Positions 1-10,289 of a stretch of DNA of 64,000 nucleotides are shown one piece after another. The notes beneath the pieces are model-generated. The model was not told the origin of the DNA and made no database searches. It saw only the letters and a list, made by a program, of their open reading frames with translations. The position numbers and the translations under genes are program-made. The stretch's first letter is position 1, and each line of letters begins with the position of its first letter. Origin of the DNA: Actinomycetota bacterium (GTDB lineage Bacteria; Actinomycetota; UBA4738; HRBIN12); NCBI GenBank assembly GCA_035519495.1, contig DATIWE010000050.1:33150-97149 (forward strand), given 5' to 3'.

Positions 1-92
1 GGGAACGTTAGGAGGACGAGTTGGTCGTATCCCCTCGACGCGGGGAAGGAGGCCCGAACACCGGATGAACGCTCGACGACCCTGGCGGAACC

Positions 93-248
93 TCAACCAC
101 CGATCGGGTCCGGCATCTGGATCGTGACGGTGTGAGGGACCGACGGGGGGTGCTTGGGGGTGTGCGGCTTCGCCCACGAGTAGTAGCCGAAGATCACCGC
201 GACGATCACGACGAGCCCGAGGAGCGACCTGGCCTTCACGGCGACCAT
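93..248 (-). CDS. small hypothetical membrane protein (51 aa)
   Basis: In-frame ATG inside the 93..479 ORF gives MVAVKARSLLGLVVIVAVIFGYYSW..., one hydrophobic helix. GC3-rich codons. The upstream part of the ORF is Arg/Pro/Gly junk. Confidence 0.3.
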   Translation of the reverse strand: MVAVKARSLLGLVVIVAVIFGYYSWAKPHTPKHPPSVPHTVTIQMPDPIGG

Positions 249-505
249 GATGCGCGCGGCAGGCCGCCGCGGGCAACAGCCGTTCGGCGGTCGGCCGTCG
301 GGCCCTCCCGTGGGTGCCGAACGGTCCCACGAACCATGCTGTCCACCCGGACCTTCGGGTCGTACCATTGCGCGAGATGAGCTAGCGAGCCGTCCTCGAG
401 CACACCCGGGCCGCGATCGCGGCCGGTGTCGTCCTATCCGAGGAGGTCCGCCATGTCCGTCCCGTCCGCAGTGCCCCACCGCTCCGAGCCCAGAGGGGGA
501 GCGCC

Positions 506-2101
506 GTGATCGCGCTCGAGGCTCGAGATCTGTCCGTCGAGGTCGCGGGCCGCATCGTGCTCGAGGGCCTCTCGCTGGACCTGCGAGCCGGCGACAAGGT
601 CGGCGTGGTGGGGCGCAACGGCGCCGGGAAGACCAGCACGCTCCGGGTCCTGGCGGGCGAGGACCAACCCGCGGCGGGCAGCGTCGTACGCCGCGGCGCC
701 ATCGGGTACCTGCGCCAGGATCCCCGGCGCCAGCGATCCGCGCACGAGGGCACCGGCCTCGAGCACATCCTGGGCGCCAGGGACCTCGTCGACCTCAGCC
801 GTCGGCTCGAGAAGGCCAGGGTCGCGCTCGAGGAGTCCCACGCCGAGCGCGAGGTCGCGCGGTTCGCGCGGCTCGAGGAGGAGTACCGGCAGCTCGGCGG
901 CTATCAGGCGGAGTCCGAGGCCACGGCGATCGCGGCCGGCGTCGGCCTGCCTGAGAGCCGGCTGCACCTGCCGATCGGGGCCCTCTCGGGCGGAGAGCGG
1001 CGGCGGCTGGAGCTGAGCCGCATCTTGTTCGGCGGCTCGGATCTCCTCCTGCTGGACGAGCCGACGAACCACCTCGACGTGGACGCGAAGACGTGGCTGA
1101 TGAAGTTCCTTGGGACCTACAAGGGTGCCCTCGTCGTCGTCAGCCACGACCTGTCCCTGCTGGACGCCTCGATCACTCGGATCCTGCATCTGGATCGCGG
1201 CGGCGTGGTCGAGTACCGCGGAACGTACTCCCAGTACCGCAACTCGCGCGCGCGCGACGAGGAGCGGCTCACGAAGCTGGCCGAGCGGCAGGAGCACGAG
1301 ATCCGTCGGCTGCGGACCCTCGCCGATTCCATGCGCGGCCAGACGGCCAAGCGCGCCCGGAAGGCGAAGACGCTCGACACCCGTGTGGCGAGGCTTTCCG
1401 CGACGAAGGTGGAGGGACCGGCGCGAGAGAAACGTGTCCGGTTCCGCTTCCCCGAGCCTCCGCACAGCGGGCGCACGGTCCTGAGCGTCGAAGGGCTCGC
1501 GAAGTCTTACGGGGGCCCGACCGTGTTCGACGATGTGTCCTTCGACCTGGGTCGCGGCGAACGGCTGCTCATCCTCGGGCTGAACGGGGCGGGGAAGACG
1601 AGCCTCCTGCGGATCCTCACGGGGGAGACGGATGCCGACGCTGGCACGTTCGGGTTCGGCCACGGCGTGGTTCCGGGCTACTACGCACAGGAGCACGAGG
1701 GCATCCGTGCCGGCGTGTCGGTGCTCGACCTCATGAAAGAGGCCTCGCGCGCCGAAGACCTGACGCTCCGGACGTTGCTCGGGATGTTCGAACTGCACGG
1801 CGACGTCGCGTTCCAGGACGCCGGCACGCTGTCGGGCGGGGAGAAGACGAAGCTCGCGCTCGCGATCCTCGTGGCTGGGACGAAGAACCTGCTCTTGCTC
1901 GACGAGCCGACGAACAACCTCGACCCACCGTCGCGCACGGCGATCGCCGAGGCGCTCCAGGGCTGGCCGGGTGCGATGGTCGTGGTGAGCCACGATCAGG
2001 AGTTCGTCGAAGCCCTTGCGCCGGAACGGGTGCTGTTGATGCCGGACGGCCAGGTGGATCACTGGAGCGACGAGTACCTCGATATCGTGGAGCTGGCGTG
2101 A
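506..2101 (+). CDS. ABC-F family ATPase (two ABC cassettes, no TM domain)
   Basis: GTG start preceded by GAGGGGGA. Walker A motifs GRNGAGKTS and GLNGAGKTS. ABC signatures LSGGERRR and LSGGEKTK. Charged inter-domain linker. Confidence 0.9.
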   Translation: MIALEARDLSVEVAGRIVLEGLSLDLRAGDKVGVVGRNGAGKTSTLRVLAGEDQPAAGSVVRRGAIGYLRQDPRRQRSAHEGTGLEHILGARDLVDLSRRLEKARVALEESHAEREVARFARLEEEYRQLGGYQAESEATAIAAGVGLPESRLHLPIGALSGGERRRLELSRILFGGSDLLLLDEPTNHLDVDAKTWLMKFLGTYKGALVVVSHDLSLLDASITRILHLDRGGVVEYRGTYSQYRNSRARDEERLTKLAERQEHEIRRLRTLADSMRGQTAKRARKAKTLDTRVARLSATKVEGPAREKRVRFRFPEPPHSGRTVLSVEGLAKSYGGPTVFDDVSFDLGRGERLLILGLNGAGKTSLLRILTGETDADAGTFGFGHGVVPGYYAQEHEGIRAGVSVLDLMKEASRAEDLTLRTLLGMFELHGDVAFQDAGTLSGGEKTKLALAILVAGTKNLLLLDEPTNNLDPPSRTAIAEALQGWPGAMVVVSHDQEFVEALAPERVLLMPDGQVDHWSDEYLDIVELA

Positions 2102-2137
2102 CCGGCTAGACTCGCGCGGTTCGTGGAAGGAGCCGCG

Positions 2138-3814
2138 GTGAGCACGGACGGTTCGGCCGACCTCGCGTTCGTGAACGGCGACGTCTACACCGTGGACGCC
2201 GCGCGGACGTGGGCGCAGGCGGTCGCGGTTCGGGACGGGCGCATCGTCGCGGTCGGGGCGGACGCGACCGTCTCGGGCCTCATCGGCACGTCGACCGAGG
2301 TGGTCGATCTCGGGGGACGGATGCTGCTGCCGGGGTTCCAGGACGCCCACGTCCATCCGGTGTCCAGCGGGATCGAGATGCTCCGGTGCGACCTCAACGA
2401 ACTAGCGTCGCCGGACGCGTACGTGGCCGCGGTCGCATCGTACGCGGCGGCCGAGCCCGCGGAGCCGTGGATCCTGGGCGGCGGGTGGGCCATGGACGAG
2501 TTCCCCGGCGGGTGTCCGTCGAAGGGGGCGCTCGACGGCGTGGTGCCGGACCGGCCGGTCTTCTTGCCGAGCCGCGACGGCCACAGCGCGTGGGTCAACT
2601 CGAAGGCGCTCGAGCTCGCCGGCGTCACGCGCGACACGGCCGACCCCGCGGACGGCCGGATCGAACGGGACGAGGGGGGCGAGCCGATGGGCACGCTGCA
2701 CGAGGGAGCGATCGCGCTCGTCGACGCCCTGGTGCCGCCGTCGTCGCCCGATCTCGTCCGCCGCGGTCTGCTCCGCGGGCAGGCATACCTGCATTCCCTC
2801 GGCATCACCGCATGGCAGGACGCGATCGTCGAGGTGGACCCGGCCGGGGGTGAGGGCGCGTTCGGGGCATACCTCGCCGCCGCCCGCTCGGGCGACCTCA
2901 CGGCCCGGGTCGTCGGCGCGCTCTGGTGGGATCGGCATCGCGGGCTCGACCAGATCGACGATCTCGTGGCGCTCCGTGACCGCGGCGCCGCCGGGAGGTT
3001 CCGCGCGACGTCGGTGAAGATCATGCTCGACGGTGTCTGCGAGAACTTCACTGCCGCCGTCCTCGATCCCTATCTGGACGCGGCCGGGCTCCCCACCGCG
3101 AACCGCGGGATCTCGTTCGTGGATCCCGAGCTGCTGAAGGACGCCGTGACGCGCCTGGACGCGCTGGGCTTCCAGGTGCACTTCCACGCCATCGGGGAAC
3201 GGGCGAACCGGGAGGCCCTCGATGCCGTCGAGGCGGCGCGGACCGCGAACGGGATGAGCGACACCCGTCCCCACGTGGCCCACATCCAGGTGGTCCATCC
3301 CGACGACCTCCCACGCTTCCGCCGGCTCCGGGTCGTCGCGAACGCCCAGCCCCTGTGGGCGGCCCACGAGCGCCAGATGGACGACCTCACGATCCCGTTC
3401 CTCGGTGAACCGCGGTGGACGTGGCAGTACCCCTTCGCGAGCCTCGCTCGTCACGGGGCGATCCTCGCGATGGGGAGCGATTGGTCGGTCTCGACCCCAG
3501 ACCCGCTCCAGGAGATCCACGTCGCCGTCAACCGGCGTATGCCGTCCGGCTACATCCACCACGTGGACCGCGCCGACGCGTTCCTCCCCGAGGAGCGCCT
3601 GGACCTCGCCACGTCGATCGCCGCCTTCACGATGGGTTCCGCGTACGTGAACCACCTCGACATCGACACCGGCTCGATCGAGGTCGGGAAGTACGCCGAT
3701 CTCGTGGTCCTGGACCGCAACGTGTTCGCGGCGCCGCCCGAGGAGATCGCGGAGACTCGCTGCGTCCAGACCTTCGTCGGGGGCCGGCGGGTCTACGCCG
3801 CGGCCGAGTCGTAA
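2138..3814 (+). CDS. YtcJ-like metal-dependent amidohydrolase (amidohydrolase_3 family)
   Basis: DAHVHP HxH metal motif, HFHAIGERA and GSDWSV blocks. GGAAGGAG SD at 2125-2132 favours the in-frame GTG at 2138; the ORF opens at GTG 2123. Confidence 0.85.
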   Translation: MSTDGSADLAFVNGDVYTVDAARTWAQAVAVRDGRIVAVGADATVSGLIGTSTEVVDLGGRMLLPGFQDAHVHPVSSGIEMLRCDLNELASPDAYVAAVASYAAAEPAEPWILGGGWAMDEFPGGCPSKGALDGVVPDRPVFLPSRDGHSAWVNSKALELAGVTRDTADPADGRIERDEGGEPMGTLHEGAIALVDALVPPSSPDLVRRGLLRGQAYLHSLGITAWQDAIVEVDPAGGEGAFGAYLAAARSGDLTARVVGALWWDRHRGLDQIDDLVALRDRGAAGRFRATSVKIMLDGVCENFTAAVLDPYLDAAGLPTANRGISFVDPELLKDAVTRLDALGFQVHFHAIGERANREALDAVEAARTANGMSDTRPHVAHIQVVHPDDLPRFRRLRVVANAQPLWAAHERQMDDLTIPFLGEPRWTWQYPFASLARHGAILAMGSDWSVSTPDPLQEIHVAVNRRMPSGYIHHVDRADAFLPEERLDLATSIAAFTMGSAYVNHLDIDTGSIEVGKYADLVVLDRNVFAAPPEEIAETRCVQTFVGGRRVYAAAES

Positions 3815-3935
3815 CATGCGTCGGACCGAGGGCCGTCCATCCGCTCGCTGACCGAGGGTCGCGGGACCACGTTGCGCCGAGCGGCCTTGCCACGCACGAT
3901 ATGCGGTCGGTTCCAGCGATGAAGGAGAAGCAGAG

Positions 3936-5096
3936 ATGGCCGAACCGTTCGACATGAGCCTCGTGCAGCGGGGCGCCCGCAACCGCCGGACCCCCTACTA
4001 CGAGGCGACCCAGAAGTACGGTCCGACGGGCTTCACCGTCTACAACCACATGTACTTCCCGATCCGGTTCGATTCCTTCGAGGCGGAGTACGAGACCCTC
4101 TTGCACGGGGTCACGCTGTGGGACGTCGCGGTCGAGCGGTGCCTCGAGATCTCGGGTCCGGACGGCTTCCGCTTCGCGCAGTTGCTGACGCCGCGTGACC
4201 TTTCGATGTGCGCCGTCGGCCAGGCGAAGTACGTCCTGATCTGCGACGCCGACGGCGGGATCATCAACGACCCGGTCCTGACCCGGATGGACGAGAACAC
4301 GTTCTGGTTCGCCCTGGCGTCTTCCGACGCGCTGCTGTTCGCGCGGGGGCTTCGCAACGCCTACCCGCACCTCGACGTGACGATCCAGGAGGCCGACGTC
4401 GCGCCCTTGCAGGTTCAGGGACCGAAGTCGAAAGACCTCATGGTCTCGCTGCTCGGCGAGCAGATCCTCGACCTCCGCTACTACTTCTGGACCGAGGCGA
4501 AGATCGCCGGCGTACCGGTCGTCGTGACGAGGACCGGCTGGACCTCGGAGATCGGCTACGAGGTCTACACGACCGACACCTCGCGAGGGAACGAGGTCTA
4601 CGAGGCGATCATGGAGGCCGGGGCCGCGTTCGGCATCAAGCCGACGGGGCCGTCGGACATCCGCCGGATCGAAGGCGCGATCTTCAACTGGGGCGCCGAC
4701 ATGACCTACGAGAACAACGCGTTCCAGATGGGGCTCGAGCGTCTCGTCGATCTCGACTCCCTGACCGACGACGCGAGCCTGTCGATCGGCGCCTACCGCC
4801 GGATCCGCAGCGAGGGGATCGCCGAGCGCATCAACGGCGTCACGTTCGATGGCGCGCCCTTCCCAGCCTTGAACGCCGTGAAGTGGCCGGCGAGCCTGGA
4901 CGGGGCGTCCGTCGGGAAGGTCACGTCCGCGATCTACTCACCGCGGCTCAACCTGAACATCGGCTACTGCTGGTTGCCGTCGGAGCTGAGCGTCGAGGGA
5001 CGGACCGTGAGGGTCGAGACCGAATGGGGCGCCCGCTCGGCCACGGTGACGTCGATGCCGTTCGTGGACCCGTCGAAGCAGATCCCCGTGTCCTAG
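3936..5096 (+). CDS. GcvT-family aminomethyltransferase (folate-binding) paralog 1
   Basis: 386 aa with GAAGGAG SD. Blocks YNHMYFP, GVTLWDVAVER, DGGIINDPVL, LQVQGP, RTGWTSEIGYEV are typical of the aminomethyltransferase family. Confidence 0.75.
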   Translation: MAEPFDMSLVQRGARNRRTPYYEATQKYGPTGFTVYNHMYFPIRFDSFEAEYETLLHGVTLWDVAVERCLEISGPDGFRFAQLLTPRDLSMCAVGQAKYVLICDADGGIINDPVLTRMDENTFWFALASSDALLFARGLRNAYPHLDVTIQEADVAPLQVQGPKSKDLMVSLLGEQILDLRYYFWTEAKIAGVPVVVTRTGWTSEIGYEVYTTDTSRGNEVYEAIMEAGAAFGIKPTGPSDIRRIEGAIFNWGADMTYENNAFQMGLERLVDLDSLTDDASLSIGAYRRIRSEGIAERINGVTFDGAPFPALNAVKWPASLDGASVGKVTSAIYSPRLNLNIGYCWLPSELSVEGRTVRVETEWGARSATVTSMPFVDPSKQIPVS

Positions 5097-5132
5097 CGAC
5101 GCGGGCCGTGCGACCCTGAGGAGGCTCCGCAG

Positions 5133-6314
5133 ATGGTGAACGAGCGCGAGGAGATGCTCGCGAAGAGCGCCACGTTGTACTTCGGCCCGTGGTACCGGCA
5201 GTCGCCGTTCTTCAAGTCGACGCTGCGCGCCGGCTGCACGGCGTACGACATCTACAACCACATGTACCTGCCGGGCTACTACGACGACCCGGACACCGAG
5301 TACCGCCTCCTGAACGAGGGCGTCACGCTGTGGGACGTCGGGGTCGAGCGCACGGTGCAGGTCAGCGGGCCGGACGCCGATCGCCTGATCGACATGTTGA
5401 CCTGTCGTGATCTCACGACGTGCGCCGTGAAGCAAGGCAAGTACATGCTCGTCACGGCGCCCGACGGGGGTATCGTGAACGACCCCGTGCTCCTGCATCC
5501 CGAGCCGAACGTCTGGTGGATGCAGCTCGCAGACTCGGACGCGGGCCTCTACGCGCTCGGCGTCGCCGCGCAGAGCGGCCTGGACGCCGAGGTGAGCTAT
5601 CCCGACGTCCACCCGGTCCAGGTCCAGGGGCCGCTGTCGGCCAAGACGCTCGAGAAGCTCGTCGGACCCGCGATCTACGACATCAAGTACTACTGGTGCG
5701 AGCGCTTCGAGATCGACGGCATCCCGGTCCTCATCTCCCGGACGGGCTGGACGGCGATCCCGGGCTTCGAGGTGAACCTGCTCGACGGGACCCGCGGCGC
5801 CGACCTCTGGGACGCGATCATCGCCGCCGGCGAGGAGTTCGGCATCCGTCCGATCGCGCCCTGCGAGGCGCGCCGGATCGAGGCCGGCATCTTCAACTAC
5901 AACTCCGATATCAGCATCTCGGACACGCCGTTCCACGTGATGGGGCTGGAACGGCTCGTCGAGGAGCAGCCGCAGGACTACATCGGCAAGGAGGCGTTGG
6001 AGCGGATCCGCCGCGAGGGCGTCGATCGCAAGCTGGTCGGTATCGAGCTCGAGGGGACCGAGCTGCGCGCGGAGCTGTCCGAGGTGTGGGCGGTCCACCA
6101 CGACGGGGCGAAGGTCGGCCGCGTCACGGACGCGATCTGGTCGCCCGGTCTGGAGAGGAACATCGGGTACGTGTGGGTGCCGATCGCGCTCGCCGAGCCG
6201 GGCACGCGCCTGGACGTCGAAACCGAGACCGGCGAGCACCTGGTCGGCACGACGGCGTCGATCCCGTTCGTCGATCCGCGGAAGGAGCGCCCCGCGGCCT
6301 CGCTCGCGTCCTGA
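5133..6314 (+). CDS. GcvT-family aminomethyltransferase (folate-binding) paralog 2
   Basis: 393 aa with GAGGAGG SD. Shares colinear blocks with the upstream gene: YNHMY, GVTLWDV.VER, DGGI.NDPVL, QVQGP, RTGWT, RRIE..IFN. Confidence 0.75.
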   Translation: MVNEREEMLAKSATLYFGPWYRQSPFFKSTLRAGCTAYDIYNHMYLPGYYDDPDTEYRLLNEGVTLWDVGVERTVQVSGPDADRLIDMLTCRDLTTCAVKQGKYMLVTAPDGGIVNDPVLLHPEPNVWWMQLADSDAGLYALGVAAQSGLDAEVSYPDVHPVQVQGPLSAKTLEKLVGPAIYDIKYYWCERFEIDGIPVLISRTGWTAIPGFEVNLLDGTRGADLWDAIIAAGEEFGIRPIAPCEARRIEAGIFNYNSDISISDTPFHVMGLERLVEEQPQDYIGKEALERIRREGVDRKLVGIELEGTELRAELSEVWAVHHDGAKVGRVTDAIWSPGLERNIGYVWVPIALAEPGTRLDVETETGEHLVGTTASIPFVDPRKERPAASLAS

Positions 6315-6406
6315 TCGACCCGCGGCCGGCCGCACGCCGGTCGCGAACCACCTCCGCTGGAGCGACGTATGCCCAGCGTACCCAGGACATCCCAACGGAG
6401 GTTCAC

Positions 6407-7507
6407 ATGCGCAGGATCGTTCTCGGGGTCGTGGCGCTCGCGATCGTCGCCACCGCCTGCTCCGTCGATGTCGGTGCCAAAGGGGCATCGACGGCCGACC
6501 CACTCAGCACCACGCTCGCGACCACCGGCGCGGGATCCGTCGCCGGGGTCGTGAAGCGGGCCCTCCCGTCCGTCGTCAACGTGACGACGGACGTTTTCCA
6601 GACCGACCAGCTCGGCAACGCCCAGGAGGGCAAGGGCGTCGGCACCGGCTTCATCGTCCGCTCGGACGGCGTCGTGGTCACGAACTGCCACGTCGTCGAG
6701 GGCGCATCCAAGATCTCGGTCTTCACGTCCGATGCGAAGCCGAAGCAGTACGACGCCCGTGTGATCGGTGGGGACTGCCAGCACGATCTGGCCGTCCTGA
6801 AGATCGACGCGACCGGCCTTCCGACGGTGCCGCTCGGCAACTCCGGGTCGCTCGTCCTCGGTCAGCAGGTCGTGGCGATCGGCTACGCGCTCGCGCTCGA
6901 GGGCGGACCGACCGTCACGTCGGGTATCGTCTCCTCGCTCGACCGCACCATCAACGTCCAGGATCCGAGCTGCACCGTCTGCAAGAACGGCGGCCGCGTC
7001 TACTCGGACGTGATCCAGACCGACGCCGCGATCAACCACGGCAACTCGGGCGGCCCGCTCCTCAACATGGCCGGCCAGGTCGTCGGGATCAACTCCGCGG
7101 GCGACGACAACGCGCAGAACATCGGGTTCGCGATCGCGATCGATTCCGCCAAGGACACGATCGCGCAGGCGGTCGCGGAGCCGCTTGCGCCGAGCCCGTA
7201 CCTCGGGGTCTCGACGCAAGGGGTCACGGCCGACCTTGCGTACCAGCTGGGGCTCCAGACGAGCAGCGGAGCCTACGTGGTCGCGACCACGACCGACGGG
7301 CCCGCCGCGCAGGCCGGGATCAAGCAGGGAGACGTGATCGTTGCGATCAACGGGGACGCGATCAGTAGCTCCGACGCTCTCGGATCGGCGCTCGAGCGCC
7401 TGCAGCCGAACCAGACCGTGTCGGTCACGGTCGTCACGGCGGACGGATCGCAGCGCTCGATCGACGTCACGCTCGGCACGCGGCCGCTGCCGACGCAGAT
7501 GCCCTGA
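6407..7507 (+). CDS. HtrA/DegP-family trypsin-like serine protease with C-terminal PDZ domain, probable lipoprotein
   Basis: ATG 6407 after GGAG. Signal/lipobox LAIVATAC. Triad contexts TNCHVV, DLAVLKI, GNSGGPL. PDZ-like tail. Only the last 366 codons of the 5420..7507 ORF are credible. Confidence 0.85.
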   Translation: MRRIVLGVVALAIVATACSVDVGAKGASTADPLSTTLATTGAGSVAGVVKRALPSVVNVTTDVFQTDQLGNAQEGKGVGTGFIVRSDGVVVTNCHVVEGASKISVFTSDAKPKQYDARVIGGDCQHDLAVLKIDATGLPTVPLGNSGSLVLGQQVVAIGYALALEGGPTVTSGIVSSLDRTINVQDPSCTVCKNGGRVYSDVIQTDAAINHGNSGGPLLNMAGQVVGINSAGDDNAQNIGFAIAIDSAKDTIAQAVAEPLAPSPYLGVSTQGVTADLAYQLGLQTSSGAYVVATTTDGPAAQAGIKQGDVIVAINGDAISSSDALGSALERLQPNQTVSVTVVTADGSQRSIDVTLGTRPLPTQMP

Positions 7508-7525
7508 TCCATCGCATCGCCGCGA

Positions 7526-7557
7526 ACGGAGCCGGGCGGGTAACCGACCGGCTCCGT
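7526..7557 (+). terminator. candidate intrinsic terminator hairpin after htrA-like gene
   Basis: Perfect 10-bp stem ACGGAGCCGG / CCGGCTCCGT with a 12-nt loop, 19 nt after the stop codon. No U-tract. Confidence 0.45.
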
Positions 7558-7581
7558 CGCGTGCGCTAGCCTTCGAGAGCG

Positions 7582-8361
7582 ATGAGCGTGCCATTCGAAG
7601 CGGGTGAGCGGGTCCTGCTGCTCGATCAGCGGAACCGGACGTACCTCGTGACGCTCGCCGTGGGCGCGACGTACCACACGCACGGGGGGACGCTCGCGCA
7701 CGATGCGCTGTTGGGGCGCACGGAGGGGGTCCGGCTCGAGACCTCGGGCGGCATGGTGGTCACGGCCTTCCGCCCGCGGTTCGCCGACTACGCGCTGAAG
7801 ATGAAGCGAGGCGCGCAGGTCGTGTATCCGAAGGATCTCGGCCCGATCCTGACCTACGGCGACGTGTTCCCGGGCGCGCGGGTGCTCGAGGCCGGCACGG
7901 GTTCCGGCGCGCTCACGATCGCCCTATGTCGGGCGGTCGGGCGTGAGGGGAGCATCGTCTCCTACGAGCTCCGCGACGAGCATCACGTCCAGGCGGTGGA
8001 GAACATCGAGGGCGCATTCGGGAAGCTCCCGGAGCACTTGGAGCTGCGGATCGGGGACCTGATCGAGGTCGGCCGAACGGGTGAGACGTATGACCGATGT
8101 CTGCTCGATCTGCCCGAGCCGTGGGCGCCGTTGCCGGAACTGCGGGAGGTTCTGGAGCCGGGCGCCGTCCTCTGCTCTTACCTACCGACGACCGGCCAGA
8201 TCCAGGAACTCGTGGCAGCCCTTCCGGCGCAGGGATTCCTGCATATCGAGACCTTCGAGACCCTGCGCAGGAGCTGGCACGTCACGGACCGAAGCGTCCG
8301 GCCGGATCACCGCATGATCGGCCACACCGGCTTCCTGACCATCGCGCGCCGGCTCGCCTGA
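7582..8361 (+). CDS. trmI: tRNA (adenine58-N1)-methyltransferase
   Basis: SAM motif VLEAGTGSGALT and an N-terminal beta domain. Lies immediately upstream of mpa, as Rv2118c does in M. tuberculosis. Confidence 0.85.
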   Translation: MSVPFEAGERVLLLDQRNRTYLVTLAVGATYHTHGGTLAHDALLGRTEGVRLETSGGMVVTAFRPRFADYALKMKRGAQVVYPKDLGPILTYGDVFPGARVLEAGTGSGALTIALCRAVGREGSIVSYELRDEHHVQAVENIEGAFGKLPEHLELRIGDLIEVGRTGETYDRCLLDLPEPWAPLPELREVLEPGAVLCSYLPTTGQIQELVAALPAQGFLHIETFETLRRSWHVTDRSVRPDHRMIGHTGFLTIARRLA

Positions 8362-8511
8362 GCAGTCCGGACCATTTCGCCGGCAGGTCCTAAGCCGTTC
8401 GCCGGTGCATGCCGTAGATACGGGAAGGGGAACGAACCCGAGGCGGAGCTTCCGCGGCGGTGTCGCTCCACCGGTATACACTCCGGCCCTCGTGGCGGGG
8501 AGGTGACGGGA

Positions 8512-10263
8512 ATGACCGGCCACAGCGAGCGTGGCGAGCAGGTCGAGCGCTACGATCAGCACGTCCACGAGCTGCAATCGCAGGTCAAGTTCCTCGAGGA
8601 AGAGGTGGGCCTGCTCCGTCGCCGCCTCACGAACGCGCCCCGCCAGGTCTCGATCCTCGAGGAGAAGCTCGTCGAGACGCGCGAGCAGCTCGCGAAGGCG
8701 ATGGGCCAGAACCAGAAGCTCGCCGACGCCCTGCGGTCCGAGCGCGACAAGATCGAGTCCCTCGCGGAGGAGGTCGAGAAGCTCAGCCAGCCGCCGGCCA
8801 CGTTCGGTGTCTTCCTCCGTGGCAACGAGGACGGCTCGCTCGACATCGTGACCGCCGGGCGCAAGATGCGGGTGCTGCCGGCGCCGGACATCGATGTCGC
8901 GAAGATCGTTCCGGGATCCCAGGTGGTGCTCAACGAATCGTTGAACGTGGTCGAGGTCCTGAGCCCCGATCGCGCGGGCGAGATCGTCCGTGTGAAGGAC
9001 AAGCTGGGAACGGACCGCGTGATGATCTTCGGCCGGGGCGACGAGAACCATGTGGCGTACCTGGCCGGTGATCTGCTGGAGTCATCGGTGCGCGCCGGCG
9101 ACAACGTGCTGTTCGACCCGCGTTCGGTCGTGGTGACCGAGCTGCTGCCGAAGGAGGAGGTCGAGGAGCTCGTCCTCGAGGAGATCCCCGACGTCGGCTA
9201 CGAGGACATCGGCGGGCTCGAGGGTCAGATCGAGGCGATCCGCGATGCCGTGGAGCTCCCGTTCCTCTACGCGGAGCTCTTCAACGAGCACCAGCTCGAA
9301 CCACCGAAGGGTGTCCTGCTCTACGGTCCTCCGGGCTGCGGCAAGACCCTGATCGCGAAGGCGGTCGCGAAGTCGCTCGCCGAGAAGGTGGCCGAGCGGA
9401 TGGGCCGCGACGACGCGCGCAGCTACTTCCTGAACGTGAAGGGCCCGGAACTGCTGAACAAGTACGTGGGCGAGACGGAGCGCCAGATCCGCGAGATCTT
9501 CCAGCGCGCCAAGGAGCGCAGCGAAGAGGGCCTGCCGGTGATCGTGTTCTTCGACGAGATGGACTCGATCTTCCGGACCCGTGGGACCGGCATCTCCTCC
9601 GACGTCGAGTCCACGATCGTCCCGCAACTGCTGTCCGAGCTCGACGGGGTCGAGACCCTGAAGAACGTGATCGTGATCGGCGCCTCCAACCGCGAAGATC
9701 TGATCGATCCCGCCATCCTGCGCCCCGGCCGTCTGGACGTGAAGATCAAGATCGAGCGGCCCGACGTCGACCAGGCCAAGGACATCATGAGCAAGTACCT
9801 GCACCCGAGCGTCCCGGTGCACCCCGACGAGATCCAGAAGCACGCGGGCGACGTCCAGCTCGCCTGCCGTCGGATGATCGAGCGGACGGTCGAGCGGATG
9901 TACGAGCCGTCCGACGAGAACCGGTTCCTCGAAGTGACCTACGCCTCGGGCGACAAGGAGATCCTGTTCTTCAAGGACTTCAACTCGGGCGCCATGATCG
10001 AGAACATCGTGCGCCGGGCGAAGAAGGACGCGATCAAGCGCTTCCTCTCCAAGGGCGAGAAGGGCATCCGCAGCGACGACCTCTTCCACGCGATCCGGGA
10101 CGAGTTCAAGGAGAACGAGGATCTCCCGAACACGACGAACCCGGACGACTGGGCGCGGATCTCGGGCAAGAAGGGTGAGCGGATCGTCTACGTCCGCACG
10201 CTGCTCGGGCAGGACGGCGACGGCCGCCAGGTCGAGCGCGTGAACGCCGGGCAGTACCTCTAG
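8512..10263 (+). CDS. mpa: proteasome-associated AAA+ ATPase Mpa/ARC
   Basis: N-terminal coiled coil, Walker A GPPGCGKT, Walker [11 protein letters not shown]-terminal GQYL proteasome-docking motif. GGGGAGG SD favours ATG 8512; the ORF opens at GTG 8503. Confidence 0.95.
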   Translation: MTGHSERGEQVERYDQHVHELQSQVKFLEEEVGLLRRRLTNAPRQVSILEEKLVETREQLAKAMGQNQKLADALRSERDKIESLAEEVEKLSQPPATFGVFLRGNEDGSLDIVTAGRKMRVLPAPDIDVAKIVPGSQVVLNESLNVVEVLSPDRAGEIVRVKDKLGTDRVMIFGRGDENHVAYLAGDLLESSVRAGDNVLFDPRSVVVTELLPKEEVEELVLEEIPDVGYEDIGGLEGQIEAIRDAVELPFLYAELFNEHQLEPPKGVLLYGPPGCGKTLIAKAVAKSLAEKVAERMGRDDARSYFLNVKGPELLNKYVGETERQIREIFQRAKERSEEGLPVIVFFDEMDSIFRTRGTGISSDVESTIVPQLLSELDGVETLKNVIVIGASNREDLIDPAILRPGRLDVKIKIERPDVDQAKDIMSKYLHPSVPVHPDEIQKHAGDVQLACRRMIERTVERMYEPSDENRFLEVTYASGDKEILFFKDFNSGAMIENIVRRAKKDAIKRFLSKGEKGIRSDDLFHAIRDEFKENEDLPNTTNPDDWARISGKKGERIVYVRTLLGQDGDGRQVERVNAGQYL

Positions 10264-10289
10264 CCCGTCGGCCCGGGTAAGGTTGGCCC

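Noticed and set aside
434-2356. Very long ORFs on the opposite strand or in alternate frames of recognised genes. Examples: 434..2356 (-), 2402..3982 (-), 10260..11789 (-), 12510..14567 (-), 17564..19384 (-), 20653..23187 (-), 27263..29821 (+), 37322..39841 (+), 42285..43811 (+), 47883..49580 (+), 60945..62522 (+).
   Set aside because: Their translations are Arg/Pro/Gly/Ala-rich with no recognisable motifs. Each fully overlaps a frame that has clear family signatures and G/C-dominated third positions. Stop-codon depletion in a GC-rich genome explains them.
5420-6406. Upstream 329 codons of the 695-aa ORF that contains the HtrA-like protease.
   Set aside because: This part overlaps the second GcvT-family gene in a different frame and translates to Arg/Gly-rich junk. 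A signal peptide with a preceding GGAG begins at 6407.
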